Sequence record: MW825358.1
Reading direction: 5' to 3' (one strand)
DNA: 64,000 nucleotides
Below the pieces are notes generated by a model. That model was not told the DNA's origin. It worked only from the letters and a program-made list of their open reading frames with translations, and ran no database searches. Positions 54,257-63,326 of the stretch are shown here, in pieces (position 1 is the first letter of the stretch; each line of letters begins with the position of its first letter). The position numbers and the translations under genes are program-made.

Positions 54257-54694
54257 ATGCACAGCATGACGAGTCCCCACCCGGGTACCTCTAGCCGGGT
54301 AAGGGCAGTGGTGGAGTTCTGTCTGTCCAAGCTCGTTTCGGAACATGCCAAGCGGATTATCTTCGTGACCAGTCTTTATGCAAGGATGTCACGGCTGGAG
54401 AAACTGCAAGCTGCCGCAATCGACAAGCTGAACCACTTTATGGTCCTGGCAACGAACAGTGCTTCGTTGCCCTTGCCATCGCGGCTTCAAAACGTAATCT
54501 GGAAAAGCACCAGTCTTAACGACATGCTCTCCCCAGAAATTCTGAAGACGCCACTGACGCCAGAACAACGGCGTGAACTATCCACCAAGGTCGTTGATAT
54601 CACACCTGGGTGGTTGCGGTATGGCACCAAGCCTTCAATGATTGATGATGTTGGTAATCTGCTTTCGCCCAGCGGTCGCATGGCGATGGCATGA
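54257..54694 (+). CDS. Hypothetical protein
   Basis: Co-oriented ORF with gagg RBS, ends before a terminator. Confidence 0.6.
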   Translation: MHSMTSPHPGTSSRVRAVVEFCLSKLVSEHAKRIIFVTSLYARMSRLEKLQAAAIDKLNHFMVLATNSASLPLPSRLQNVIWKSTSLNDMLSPEILKTPLTPEQRRELSTKVVDITPGWLRYGTKPSMIDDVGNLLSPSGRMAMA

Positions 54695-54707
54695 GCCAAT
54701 GAAAACA

Positions 54708-54751
54708 GCATAAGCGCCCCCTACTCTTTGCGAGTAGGGGGCTGTTTATGC
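54708..54751. terminator. Bidirectional terminator, GCATAA/TTATGC flanked
   Basis: gccccctactc-tttgc-gagtagggggc. Confidence 0.8.
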
Positions 54752-54763
54752 TGCTGATTGGTT

Positions 54764-55579
54764 TTACACCAGCGGCTTGACAATCTCAACGTTCTGATTG
54801 ATGGTCTTCAGGTACTCATCCACGCGATGACGCACCACACCGTAGAACTCCACCAGCTCAGCAATCTGGAAGGTCACCTTGCTCAGCTGCTCCATGGCCA
54901 CAGAAGAGAACTGGAACTCTTCCTTGTGCTCAGACACGCGCACGGACAGGACATCCAGCAGATCCACGATTTCCGGAACCTTCTTCTGTACCTTCTCATA
55001 GCGCCCATCAGCATAGAGCGTTTGCAGCTTCTTGGACAACTGGTTCAGCTCGTTCCAGTCAGCTTGTCGACGGAACAGTTCGCTGTAGATCGGATCACGC
55101 TCATCAACCTTGTCAGGGAAGAACGTGTCCAGGCGCTTCTTCAGGCTATCAAGCTTAGGGGCATCCAGACCCGGAATACGCAAGGAGCCAGAAATGGACT
55201 TTAAGGATTCAGGCTCTGCAATGCGCTGGGCCAGCCACGTCGCATAGGGCACCAGGACATCTTTTTCCAAATCAGAGATGCTCTCCACCATGGCCACCAA
55301 GGCCTGACCGTACTCGGCCAGGGTACCCTTAAAGCCCTGCGGTGCCACCAGTTGGGTTCCACGCAGTTCGCTGAAGGGCTTATGCTGGATGCGCAAAGCC
55401 AACCACCCCAGATCCTTGGCGCCAAAGACGCTGGCGATGGGGGCAAAGATGTTCTTGGCCAAAAACTCAGAGGCCGAAGACAGGAATGCAGGAATGCGCT
55501 CAGCAGCCTTGTCCATAGCCGTGCCGCCAGCGGCCTCCATGGAGATGGTCTCACTGGCGTCGCGCAGATTGTTCAACAT
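54764..55579 (-). CDS. Putative head protein with short propeptide
   Basis: ISME/A matches the S/A/G-x-E head-maturation protease site; candidate late promoter TATGAC at 55634-55639 (minus). Confidence 0.6.
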   Translation of the reverse strand: MLNNLRDASETISMEAAGGTAMDKAAERIPAFLSSASEFLAKNIFAPIASVFGAKDLGWLALRIQHKPFSELRGTQLVAPQGFKGTLAEYGQALVAMVESISDLEKDVLVPYATWLAQRIAEPESLKSISGSLRIPGLDAPKLDSLKKRLDTFFPDKVDERDPIYSELFRRQADWNELNQLSKKLQTLYADGRYEKVQKKVPEIVDLLDVLSVRVSEHKEEFQFSSVAMEQLSKVTFQIAELVEFYGVVRHRVDEYLKTINQNVEIVKPLV

Positions 55580-55743
55580 AACGACTCCACAGGGATGGTA
55601 AATAGGGGACGATTCACGTCACTTGACAGATCGGTCATAGACTTAGACTACAAAGCTGTGGGTTTTTTACATGAAAGCGCCATGGTTTGACGGTGCGCTG
55701 TGCACTGGAATTCCGCCACCATAATAACGATTGGAAACTCACA

Positions 55744-56463
55744 ATGTTCGAACCCAAATCCTACCTCGAAGAACGTCTGGCTCTGGCTGAGATCTTCCAG
55801 CAGTCGCTGGCGCAAACGCTGCTGGCCGTCGTGCCGCGCGAACAGCGTCCGCAGATCCAGTACCTCTTCGAGCACTACGGTCGCAGTCAGCAGCTGCTGC
55901 GTGACAAGGAAGCCAAGCGTGTCGTGGGCGAGCCGGTCCTGGAAGAAGGCGTGGCGTACCTGGACCAGACCAAGCTGCTGGAGTATCTCAAGGCCAATCT
56001 GGGTCGCACCTATTTCGGTACCGAAGAAGAAACCGGTGCGCCGGATGGCTCGATCGGCACCAAGGGCTTTGGTACCAAGTTCGCCGACTGGCTCAAGAGT
56101 CTGCCGGATATGGACAAGTCCTTTGCCAAGAACATGCCGTCGGGTTTCTACTCCGACGTCAGCCGCGGTGCTCCGGCCCCAATTTTGGTGCTGAACTTTG
56201 GTTCGCGCCTGTTGATCGCCGGCTATCACGTGTACCTGGGTGTGTTCAGCATTTACCTCGACCACGTCCCGGCCGACTTCAAGTGGGAAATGGAAGACAA
56301 GCGCGCCCTGCGTGGCGAGGCTGTGACCTATTTCAACGACATCAAGCTGGGTGACTTTGAGACCGAGTTCCTCAAGGCGATGTCCGCTCAGGGCATTGGC
56401 GAGATCAAGATCCCGCAGGCCCCGGCTGCAGCTGAAGCCACTCCCGAAACCTCCGCTGAATAA
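55744..56463 (+). CDS. Hypothetical protein, highly codon-biased
   Basis: ATG at 55744 (MFEPKSY); codon usage similar to the capsid gene. Confidence 0.72.
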   Translation: MFEPKSYLEERLALAEIFQQSLAQTLLAVVPREQRPQIQYLFEHYGRSQQLLRDKEAKRVVGEPVLEEGVAYLDQTKLLEYLKANLGRTYFGTEEETGAPDGSIGTKGFGTKFADWLKSLPDMDKSFAKNMPSGFYSDVSRGAPAPILVLNFGSRLLIAGYHVYLGVFSIYLDHVPADFKWEMEDKRALRGEAVTYFNDIKLGDFETEFLKAMSAQGIGEIKIPQAPAAAEATPETSAE

Positions 56464-56497
56464 GCGGGGGTTCCCCTCTTTCATCAGCGAGTAAGAC

Positions 56498-58030
56498 ATG
56501 AGTCTTAAGAACCATTTTAAGAAAGCCCCTAAGATGCGACCACAGCTCAACATTGGGTCGGTCTTTGATATCCCCAACGGTCGATACTATCTGGGTAAAC
56601 ACGGGGAATCGGTCCTCAATGGTGGTGTGGCGTTTTTCACCGGTGTGGCCGGACGTGGTAACACGTTCAAGTCCACCTTGATGCATTACATGACCTTGGC
56701 GATCTTGGATCGCTATTCCAGTAGCGTGAGCAACATCTACGATACGGAAATGTCCTTGACCGCTGAGCGCATGTATCAGCTGGCCCAGCACATGGACAAT
56801 ATCGCCGGGGTGGATCTGGAGGCGGAAGATCGCATGCTGATCACCGATTCCACAGCAATGATGGGTGAAGAGTGGTTTGATGCACTCAAAGCGCACGGGG
56901 CAGACCTGATCAGTAAGGAAAAGATCAAGGCCAACACCCGCACCACACCTTTCATTAATCATGAAACCGGTGGGTTCTTTACTTCGATCGCACCCACGGT
57001 GGTGGAGATCGATTCACTGTCCATGCTTACCACCACTGCAGTCCAGCAGGTCTTTGACAAGAGCGAGATCGGCGATAGCTCCACCAACATGAGCGCTATG
57101 ACCGATGCGCGCATCAAGACGCAAATGATCAACCAGTTCCCGGCCTTCACCGCCGCGCACGGCATTTACGTCATGACCTCTGCCCATGTGGGCAAGCAGC
57201 ATGTGATGGACAAATACGCACCGCCTGCCAAGCAACTGATGTTCTTGAAGGGCGATAACTCTTTCAAGAATGTGCCGGAGAAGTTTTCGTTCCTGACCAA
57301 CAACTTGTACTTTGTCCATTCGGCAGAGATTTTGCTCAATGCCGACAAGTCCGGATGTGAGTTTCCCAAGGACAGCGATGACAAGCGCAAGGGCGATACG
57401 GATCTGCAGTTGCTGACCGTACAGAACCTGCGTGCCAAGTCCGGTCCGACGGGTATGCCCATTGAAGTGATCGTCTCTCAGAACGAGGGCGTCCACATGG
57501 GCCTGACTGAGTTCAACCTGATCAAGAATCTGGGGCGCTTTGGGCTGGATGGTAACATGCAGAACTATGCACTGACCTTACTGCCTGATGTCTCGCTCTC
57601 GCGCACGACGGTGCGTGGGAAGCTGGATAACAACCCCAAGCTGCGTCGGGCCATGGAAATCACCGCTGAGCTAGCCTACATGTACAACTTCGGCTACCGT
57701 ACGGAAAATACGGTGGACAAGCCGGAGGCTCTGGGTGAGGAAGAAGTCCTGGATCGCGATCTGTCCTGCACAGCCAAGGAACTCTACGAGGACCTGAAGG
57801 CTAAAGGTTATGATTGGGATGTGTTGTTGGCCACCCGTGGGTATTGGGTGTTCCAAGAAGACGAGAAGGATCGTCCCCCGTTCCTGTCCACGATGGATCT
57901 GCTGCGCATGCGAGCCGGGCTCTATCATCCGTATTGGATGCCCAAGCCGACTCCGGCTACAACCGACCAGAAGGTCAATGACGCCATCGCAGCGATTGGC
58001 GCCAAGGCCAAGAAACCTGTTACCGCGTAA
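56498..58030 (+). CDS. uvsX: UvsX/RecA-like recombinase (phiKZ gp152-like)
   Basis: Walker A GVAGRGNTFKST, YDTE, Walker B VEIDSLS, SAHVG, RAKSGPTG. Confidence 0.88.
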   Translation: MSLKNHFKKAPKMRPQLNIGSVFDIPNGRYYLGKHGESVLNGGVAFFTGVAGRGNTFKSTLMHYMTLAILDRYSSSVSNIYDTEMSLTAERMYQLAQHMDNIAGVDLEAEDRMLITDSTAMMGEEWFDALKAHGADLISKEKIKANTRTTPFINHETGGFFTSIAPTVVEIDSLSMLTTTAVQQVFDKSEIGDSSTNMSAMTDARIKTQMINQFPAFTAAHGIYVMTSAHVGKQHVMDKYAPPAKQLMFLKGDNSFKNVPEKFSFLTNNLYFVHSAEILLNADKSGCEFPKDSDDKRKGDTDLQLLTVQNLRAKSGPTGMPIEVIVSQNEGVHMGLTEFNLIKNLGRFGLDGNMQNYALTLLPDVSLSRTTVRGKLDNNPKLRRAMEITAELAYMYNFGYRTENTVDKPEALGEEEVLDRDLSCTAKELYEDLKAKGYDWDVLLATRGYWVFQEDEKDRPPFLSTMDLLRMRAGLYHPYWMPKPTPATTDQKVNDAIAAIGAKAKKPVTA

Positions 58031-58047
58031 GGCCATTGGCGTAGCTG

Positions 58048-58464
58048 ATGGCTGACCTTAGTCCCTGCCTTCCATACGGGCAGGGACTTTCATTTCCTGA
58101 GATCGCCATCATGTCTCCGTTTAATTGCCAAAGCCCGGTCACCGCCGGGGTGTACACGGCCTTGGCCTCCATCGACGTTTCGGTGGCCTTTCGCTTCCTC
58201 CAGCAGTACCAAGAACCCAACGCAGCTAGCACCGATTACCACCTCAGCTCGGTCAATCGCTTCTGGCGCGAACAGCTCGGTTATGCCGGGGAAATGTTTG
58301 ACACCCTCGATGCACGCGCGTACCTGATTGATCGGGTCCAGCTGCACGATTGGCTGCGCATGTTTGCCATTCACGTCGCTCCGGTGATTGTGAATTTGAA
58401 CCTGCCCCAACGCTTGCCCGAGGCCGGCCCCAGTCTTGACTTCGGTCAGTTCCAATTTGCTTGA
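58048..58464 (+). CDS. Hypothetical protein
   Basis: Co-oriented ORF after uvsX; exact start uncertain (alternative ATG at 58111). Confidence 0.6.
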   Translation: MADLSPCLPYGQGLSFPEIAIMSPFNCQSPVTAGVYTALASIDVSVAFRFLQQYQEPNAASTDYHLSSVNRFWREQLGYAGEMFDTLDARAYLIDRVQLHDWLRMFAIHVAPVIVNLNLPQRLPEAGPSLDFGQFQFA

Positions 58465-58466
58465 TA

Positions 58467-58510
58467 GCATAAGTCCCTCTCCTGGCTTTTTAGTAAGCTC
58501 AGGAGAGGGA
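58467..58510 (+). terminator. Long hairpin with upstream GCATAA
   Basis: tccctctcctg...caggagaggga with an inner gctt/aagc stem. Confidence 0.6.
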
Positions 58511-58539
58511 TCTTGTGTACTGTCTTTAGGAAAGATGTC

Positions 58540-59205
58540 ATGAGTAACCGTAAAGCAGCCGAAGCTGAGGCCTTGGCATGGATTGAACAGCTGGTCCCAG
58601 GCGGCCAGTGTGTGGCAGATACCAAAGCTTTGTTTGCTTCAATGAGTGATGCCCAGTTTGAGACCTATATGGCCAAGCTGGAAAGCGGCGAGGAGATTCT
58701 TTCCATTGCCGTACCCAATCTGGGGACTGATCGTTTAGAGCTTGAGCGCTTGTTGGACTTAGGACCTAAGTTGGGCCATAGTTTCTTTGAGCAGCTGTGG
58801 CTGACAGATGCCAAAACGGGCACGACGTATCTGACTCCTGAAAAGTACTTGGTCATTGATCTGCCGCTGCGCCGTCAGCAGCAGCTGTTGACTGAGAAGA
58901 TCTCCATTCCAGATAACAACCGGCACGTGGATGAAATGACCGGGCAGGTCACAGGTGATTCTAAGGGCGCAAGTCTGTCGCTGCCTGAGATCCAACTGCT
59001 GCGCTCTCAGGGATTGGATCGACCCATCTTGGAGGCCATCAAAGTACGCGGCGGCGATCATCGCGCTTTCCGTGCGATTGACCGGCAGATCATCGAAACA
59101 GGCGGGGCGAGCTTGGATAGCGTACTGGGTGCAGGTACGCGAGTGAAATCCACCGAGTCGCTGGCCACATTGTTCAAGGGCATGCATCTGTCCACTAACT
59201 TGTAG
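58540..59205 (+). CDS. rpoB: Virion RNA polymerase beta subunit, C-terminal part (phiKZ gp149-like)
   Basis: LPLRRQQQLLTEKIS...DEMTGQVTGDSKGASLSLPE...EAIKVRGGD beta C-terminal switch/clamp motifs. Confidence 0.85.
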   Translation: MSNRKAAEAEALAWIEQLVPGGQCVADTKALFASMSDAQFETYMAKLESGEEILSIAVPNLGTDRLELERLLDLGPKLGHSFFEQLWLTDAKTGTTYLTPEKYLVIDLPLRRQQQLLTEKISIPDNNRHVDEMTGQVTGDSKGASLSLPEIQLLRSQGLDRPILEAIKVRGGDHRAFRAIDRQIIETGGASLDSVLGAGTRVKSTESLATLFKGMHLSTNL

Positions 59206-59211
59206 TGTGCT

Positions 59212-59754
59212 ATGACTGAAACTGCTGCTTACTTTAACCTGCTGCAAGTTCAGCAGGATCTTGATATTGAAATTGCCGCACAGCTCGACTACCACCAACT
59301 GTCCGATGAAGCCTACGATGACCTGCTGGCTTATCTGCTGTCAGATGCGCAGGCCGTGCGCTTTTATCTACACAACGATGCCTTCACTGTAGGTGAGACC
59401 TGGAAGGTCTTGCGCATGAATGAAGTTGCCATGGATGTGGTGATGGATCTGACCTTGTCCTTGCAGATGATCTGTCGGGCCCAGCATCAAAATGGTTGGA
59501 GCCAGCTGGTGGAGATCTACAGTGAAGCGGTGGGGTGTTTGCGCAAACACGAAGCTGACAGCAGTGCTTTGAAAGATGAGGAAGAGTTGGAGATCTTTGT
59601 CACTCCTTCTGAGGCCAAGGAACTGGTTATGTGCAATCCCTGGCTACTGACCTTGTACATGATCCGGCGTTCCAGTGCCATTCGGCGTTTGTTGTCCAAC
59701 TTGAAGGCAGCAGGCAAGACCTTACCCAAATCTGCTAGTGCGGCGGCCACATGA
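59212..59754 (+). CDS. Hypothetical protein
   Basis: Operon member; NPWLLTLY motif. Confidence 0.7.
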   Translation: MTETAAYFNLLQVQQDLDIEIAAQLDYHQLSDEAYDDLLAYLLSDAQAVRFYLHNDAFTVGETWKVLRMNEVAMDVVMDLTLSLQMICRAQHQNGWSQLVEIYSEAVGCLRKHEADSSALKDEEELEIFVTPSEAKELVMCNPWLLTLYMIRRSSAIRRLLSNLKAAGKTLPKSASAAAT

Positions 59755-60560
59755 GCTTTAAGACCGAAGAGTCGGTGATCTATGTGGAATTAGATGCCTT
59801 GATGGATACACGATTGCCGACCCTGGGATTGATTTCCTCCCAGGCGGCCGTGGAGGCATCGACCGACCCGCGCTACTTTGAACGGGTCATTGATGACTTT
59901 GAGCCGATCTGCGGGATTAGTAAGGATACTTTCCGGACCTTGTATGCCAAGCGCGATACCGAGATCCTCAAAGCCTCTGTGATCACGGAGATGGTCTTCA
60001 TCTTAGACGGGATCGTGCGGCAGCTGGAAGAAGAGGCGCGCTCTACACCGTTTATCTCCCGCGTGCGCGTCGAGGTCAACTATTACCCTTACGTCTTAGA
60101 TGAAGGCGAGCGCGAAATGATAGCCACGGCGATCATGGCCCGCTGTGGGGTGGAGACCTTGGTCGAGCTGATTCGCTTAGATCCCTCAGTGATCACGCCC
60201 ACGCGTTGCCGGGATCGGTACTCAGGGATGATCCTGTACAACTTCCATGACTGGATGAAACACCATCTGAAGGCCTTTGAGAGCGTCAAGATGCCCCGCG
60301 TCACCGTGGTGGCACCTGCGCTCTACTACGACGTTGTACCGGCCTCAGATGCGTTTGTAGAGGACGGGCTGAGCGAGCATATCACCGCCTTTGAGTTGGC
60401 CCGCGTAGGTATGGTGGAAATGTTTGCTTTGGACCTGCTGCCTGCGGCTAACTTCAGCATGGCCCGCGTTCCTGGGCAATACACCTCTAAGCCTAAGCCC
60501 GAAGTACCTGTGATTGAGGTCGCCCCACGGCAAGCTCCGCGGCAACGCGAAATCAAATGA
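59751..60560 (+). CDS. Hypothetical protein (VYVELDALxDTR N-terminus)
   Basis: ATGA overlap; N-terminal beta strand plus ELD resembles a degenerate HAD motif I. Confidence 0.7.
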   Translation: MSFKTEESVIYVELDALMDTRLPTLGLISSQAAVEASTDPRYFERVIDDFEPICGISKDTFRTLYAKRDTEILKASVITEMVFILDGIVRQLEEEARSTPFISRVRVEVNYYPYVLDEGEREMIATAIMARCGVETLVELIRLDPSVITPTRCRDRYSGMILYNFHDWMKHHLKAFESVKMPRVTVVAPALYYDVVPASDAFVEDGLSEHITAFELARVGMVEMFALDLLPAANFSMARVPGQYTSKPKPEVPVIEVAPRQAPRQREIK

Positions 60561-60562
60561 CG

Positions 60563-60599
60563 CCATAGACCCCCTCCCGTTTGGGAGGGGGACGTATGG
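60563..60599. terminator. Bidirectional terminator, CCATAG/TATGG flanked
   Basis: ccccctccc-gttt-gggaggggg. Confidence 0.75.
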
Positions 60600-60602
60600 T
60601 CT

Positions 60603-61088
60603 TTACTTCTTGTTTTCGTCAAACAAAGAGTCAAACGGAATCTCTTCGATCTGAACACTGGCCTCACCGGGCTTAAGCTCCAGCGGCTGCAGGTTCGAGG
60701 CATCTGAGATACGCGGTGCCTCACGACGCACCGTTCCTTCAATAGGCGCCTGCATGGGACGATCGCCCAGACGTTCCAGGGCACGCGCCACCGCAGCCAC
60801 CGCTTCACGGTCAGCCGCAGACTCTTGAGCCCTCGCACCAATCTGCTTTTGCTTGATGGCCTGGCTATCCAGATCCTTGAGCATGACGTGAACCAGCTTT
60901 TGCTCATCAAGATCATCTGGTAGCACACCGCCATTGGCTTCCAGTTTGTAGGCAATCTGACGCAGACGAATCTTGCGGGTATACGCAAGCAGTTCGTCCT
61001 CGTTCATGTCTGCGATCTGGTCAATATCTGGGACCCGCTTGATAGGGGCGAGCCCGTTGGTTTCTTCGTGGCTCATAGCCGCCTCCAT
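60603..61088 (-). CDS. Hypothetical protein
   Basis: Convergent on the terminator; start may be the ATG at 61076. Confidence 0.68.
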   Translation of the reverse strand: MEAAMSHEETNGLAPIKRVPDIDQIADMNEDELLAYTRKIRLRQIAYKLEANGGVLPDDLDEQKLVHVMLKDLDSQAIKQKQIGARAQESAADREAVAAVARALERLGDRPMQAPIEGTVRREAPRISDASNLQPLELKPGEASVQIEEIPFDSLFDENKK

Positions 61089-61266
61089 GTAAAAAAATCA
61101 CAATCACATATTATCATGGTGTAAGCAAGGCCAACGAAAAGCTTCCCGAGAAGGCAAGCTGTCGATTAATTTTTACCAAAAGTCCTTATTTTAGAAGAGC
61201 AGCAGATGTCACGACTTACGTACATCTGTTTTCTCTGTGTGCCGCCCTACCAATAAATAGATACTT

Positions 61267-61827
61267 ATGTCAATCCTCAGTCGCCTCGTGACCCGCTATC
61301 GGGACTGGCAGGCGCAGCGTCGAGAAGCGCATTGGAACCATGACATTGACATGCATTTGAAGACCCACGATAACCCGTTTGATCCTACCGGGATTGAACT
61401 GGCCGTGACTCACCTCAAAGCGGTCAAACTCACCGCTGTTCCAATGGCTAAGCGCCGCCGCCTCCCCATTGCCGCCTTCAGCTCCAACATTGACGAGTTC
61501 CTCGTTAAAGTCCAATACTGTACCCGCCTGATCGAAAACCGCGAAAGCATTCCTCAATCCTTTTTACCTAACACGAAGAAGCTCTATCGTCTTGACGATT
61601 TCTTCGTGACGGGAGAGGGGCATATGGTCGCAATTGAGAAGATCGCCCCGACCTTGATTACCCGTTTAGAGCAATTTGTCGCCGCTATCAGACAGCATGA
61701 GATCCTTCAGCTGGAAGAAAACGAGAAGATGAAAGATCTCAGTGGCTACTATCAACGCAAGCTGTTCCCGCTTTACCAGGACTGCTACTACATCGTACAA
61801 GCTGTCCACGCAACCACGTTTCGTTAG
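61267..61827 (+). CDS. Hypothetical protein
   Basis: ORF after an AT-rich divergent spacer containing aatttttac (61168-61176). Confidence 0.65.
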   Translation: MSILSRLVTRYRDWQAQRREAHWNHDIDMHLKTHDNPFDPTGIELAVTHLKAVKLTAVPMAKRRRLPIAAFSSNIDEFLVKVQYCTRLIENRESIPQSFLPNTKKLYRLDDFFVTGEGHMVAIEKIAPTLITRLEQFVAAIRQHEILQLEENEKMKDLSGYYQRKLFPLYQDCYYIVQAVHATTFR

Positions 61828-61871
61828 TCCACCTTCCCGATCCGCCAATCGGGCCTACCAACGAGGTACCA

Positions 61872-62474
61872 ATGTCCTTTAATCGAGAGGATAACTTCCT
61901 CAACGAAGCCAACAAAGGCGTCGATAAAGCCAGGGGTGTATTGGCCGTGCTGTTTCGACAGCTTTTGGCCGTACGCGGGATTGACCCCTGGCGCTGGGAT
62001 ATGCTCATTCGAGACTACCTGGCCGATCCGCGCAACGGCATCCCCAACAACTCCCGCGACCGTTCCTCGGCCCGCGGTAATCTGAACAAGGAGCTGTTCC
62101 GCCCGGACATGACCTGGCGGGTGTTTCTCAAAGCCATGAACTTCCTCAACCTGGTCCGCGTGAGCTTTACGGTCAAGGTGCAGTGGAATGATGGTACGGT
62201 CAGCGAAGTCACCGCCCGACTCAAAGACCGTGCACGCTTTTCCCAGACCAGCGACCTCCCGCCGGTGGTCAATGATCTGGACAAGCCTGCCCTGCCCCGA
62301 CTGCCCGCCATACCCCGTCCAGAGCGTGCACCTACACCTCAGATGGATCTGCCCATGCCTGGTCTGGGTGGGCCTGGAGAAGAGCGAGATGAGGAAGATG
62401 AGGACCTGGATGAGAATGATGAAGTCGAAGAATCCAGCGTCACCCATGACCGCCCCTTCCTGCTGCGCCGTTAA
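61872..62474 (+). CDS. Conserved phiKZ-family hypothetical protein with acidic tail
   Basis: GVLAVLFRQLL...W.MLIRDYL.DP.N...RGNL.KEL...MTWRVFLKAM.FL motif; RBS gagg. Confidence 0.72.
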   Translation: MSFNREDNFLNEANKGVDKARGVLAVLFRQLLAVRGIDPWRWDMLIRDYLADPRNGIPNNSRDRSSARGNLNKELFRPDMTWRVFLKAMNFLNLVRVSFTVKVQWNDGTVSEVTARLKDRARFSQTSDLPPVVNDLDKPALPRLPAIPRPERAPTPQMDLPMPGLGGPGEERDEEDEDLDENDEVEESSVTHDRPFLLRR

Positions 62475-62482
62475 GGAGTCCC

Positions 62483-63229
62483 ATGTCTGCTAAAGTTCGC
62501 TTTACCACCAAGATCTTCGATCTGGAAGAAGACGGTCAGAGCTTCATTGCCATCTCCTCTCGCGGTAAGACCCGCTTAGGGCGTGCCTTGGCCGCAGGTG
62601 CAGGTTGGCAATTGTTGGTCCCTGGTTATGGTGGCTTCACCAGTCTGGCGGGGTTAATCCGCTTTATGGCTGGGGACCAACGGGGTGTCAATAAGGTCAT
62701 TTGTGGCGCTGACTACGACGATGCTCTAACCGAGTCGGTCAAGTCGGTCTATGAAGAGCTGGTAGTGGGTTATGTCCGTGCGATCTTCTCCTGTCCCCGT
62801 GGGCAGGAGCTGGGCCTGCTGAGGTTGCTGCATGAAAACCCCCTACCCTTTGCCATCGTCTACAACATAGATGATGACTGGGTAGCTAGCAAACCCGCGC
62901 CCTGGTTTGAAGAAGCGCTCAACGAGTTGTATCGCGGTGGCAATGGACAGGCCTCAAGCCCTGCGGGTTTGTCCAATCCACATTTCCTCCAATGGGATCC
63001 CTCTGAAATCGATAACAAGGATCCTGCCTTTATCCGAGCCCTTGAAGGCTTTGATGAACTTGAAAAGCAACACGGCACTGTCGGTGCGTTGGAGCAGGTT
63101 TTGGCTAAACCTGTTTTCAAGGATCTGTCCAAAGAAGAACGTAATGCAATGATTCGGACCTACGTATTGTCCGTCACGGCAGATCCTGCAACCACCCATC
63201 AGTTCATTCCACCCCCGTCTGAGAAGTGA
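62483..63229 (+). CDS. Degenerate NADAR-like (T4 gp30.3-like) paralog
   Basis: N-terminal DGQSFIAISSRGKTRLGRAL...PGYGGFTSL aligns with DGIDHINCYSKAQTALGQQL...PEFGFFASL of the next gene. Confidence 0.55.
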   Translation: MSAKVRFTTKIFDLEEDGQSFIAISSRGKTRLGRALAAGAGWQLLVPGYGGFTSLAGLIRFMAGDQRGVNKVICGADYDDALTESVKSVYEELVVGYVRAIFSCPRGQELGLLRLLHENPLPFAIVYNIDDDWVASKPAPWFEEALNELYRGGNGQASSPAGLSNPHFLQWDPSEIDNKDPAFIRALEGFDELEKQHGTVGALEQVLAKPVFKDLSKEERNAMIRTYVLSVTADPATTHQFIPPPSEK

Positions 63230-63326
63230 TAATGTGAGTACGCACAACTCACGTTATTCTTCAAGGGCGATTTAAAGCGCCGCACTACTTTCCTCACGGC
63301 GCTTTTTCCGCCAAAGTGAATCACAC

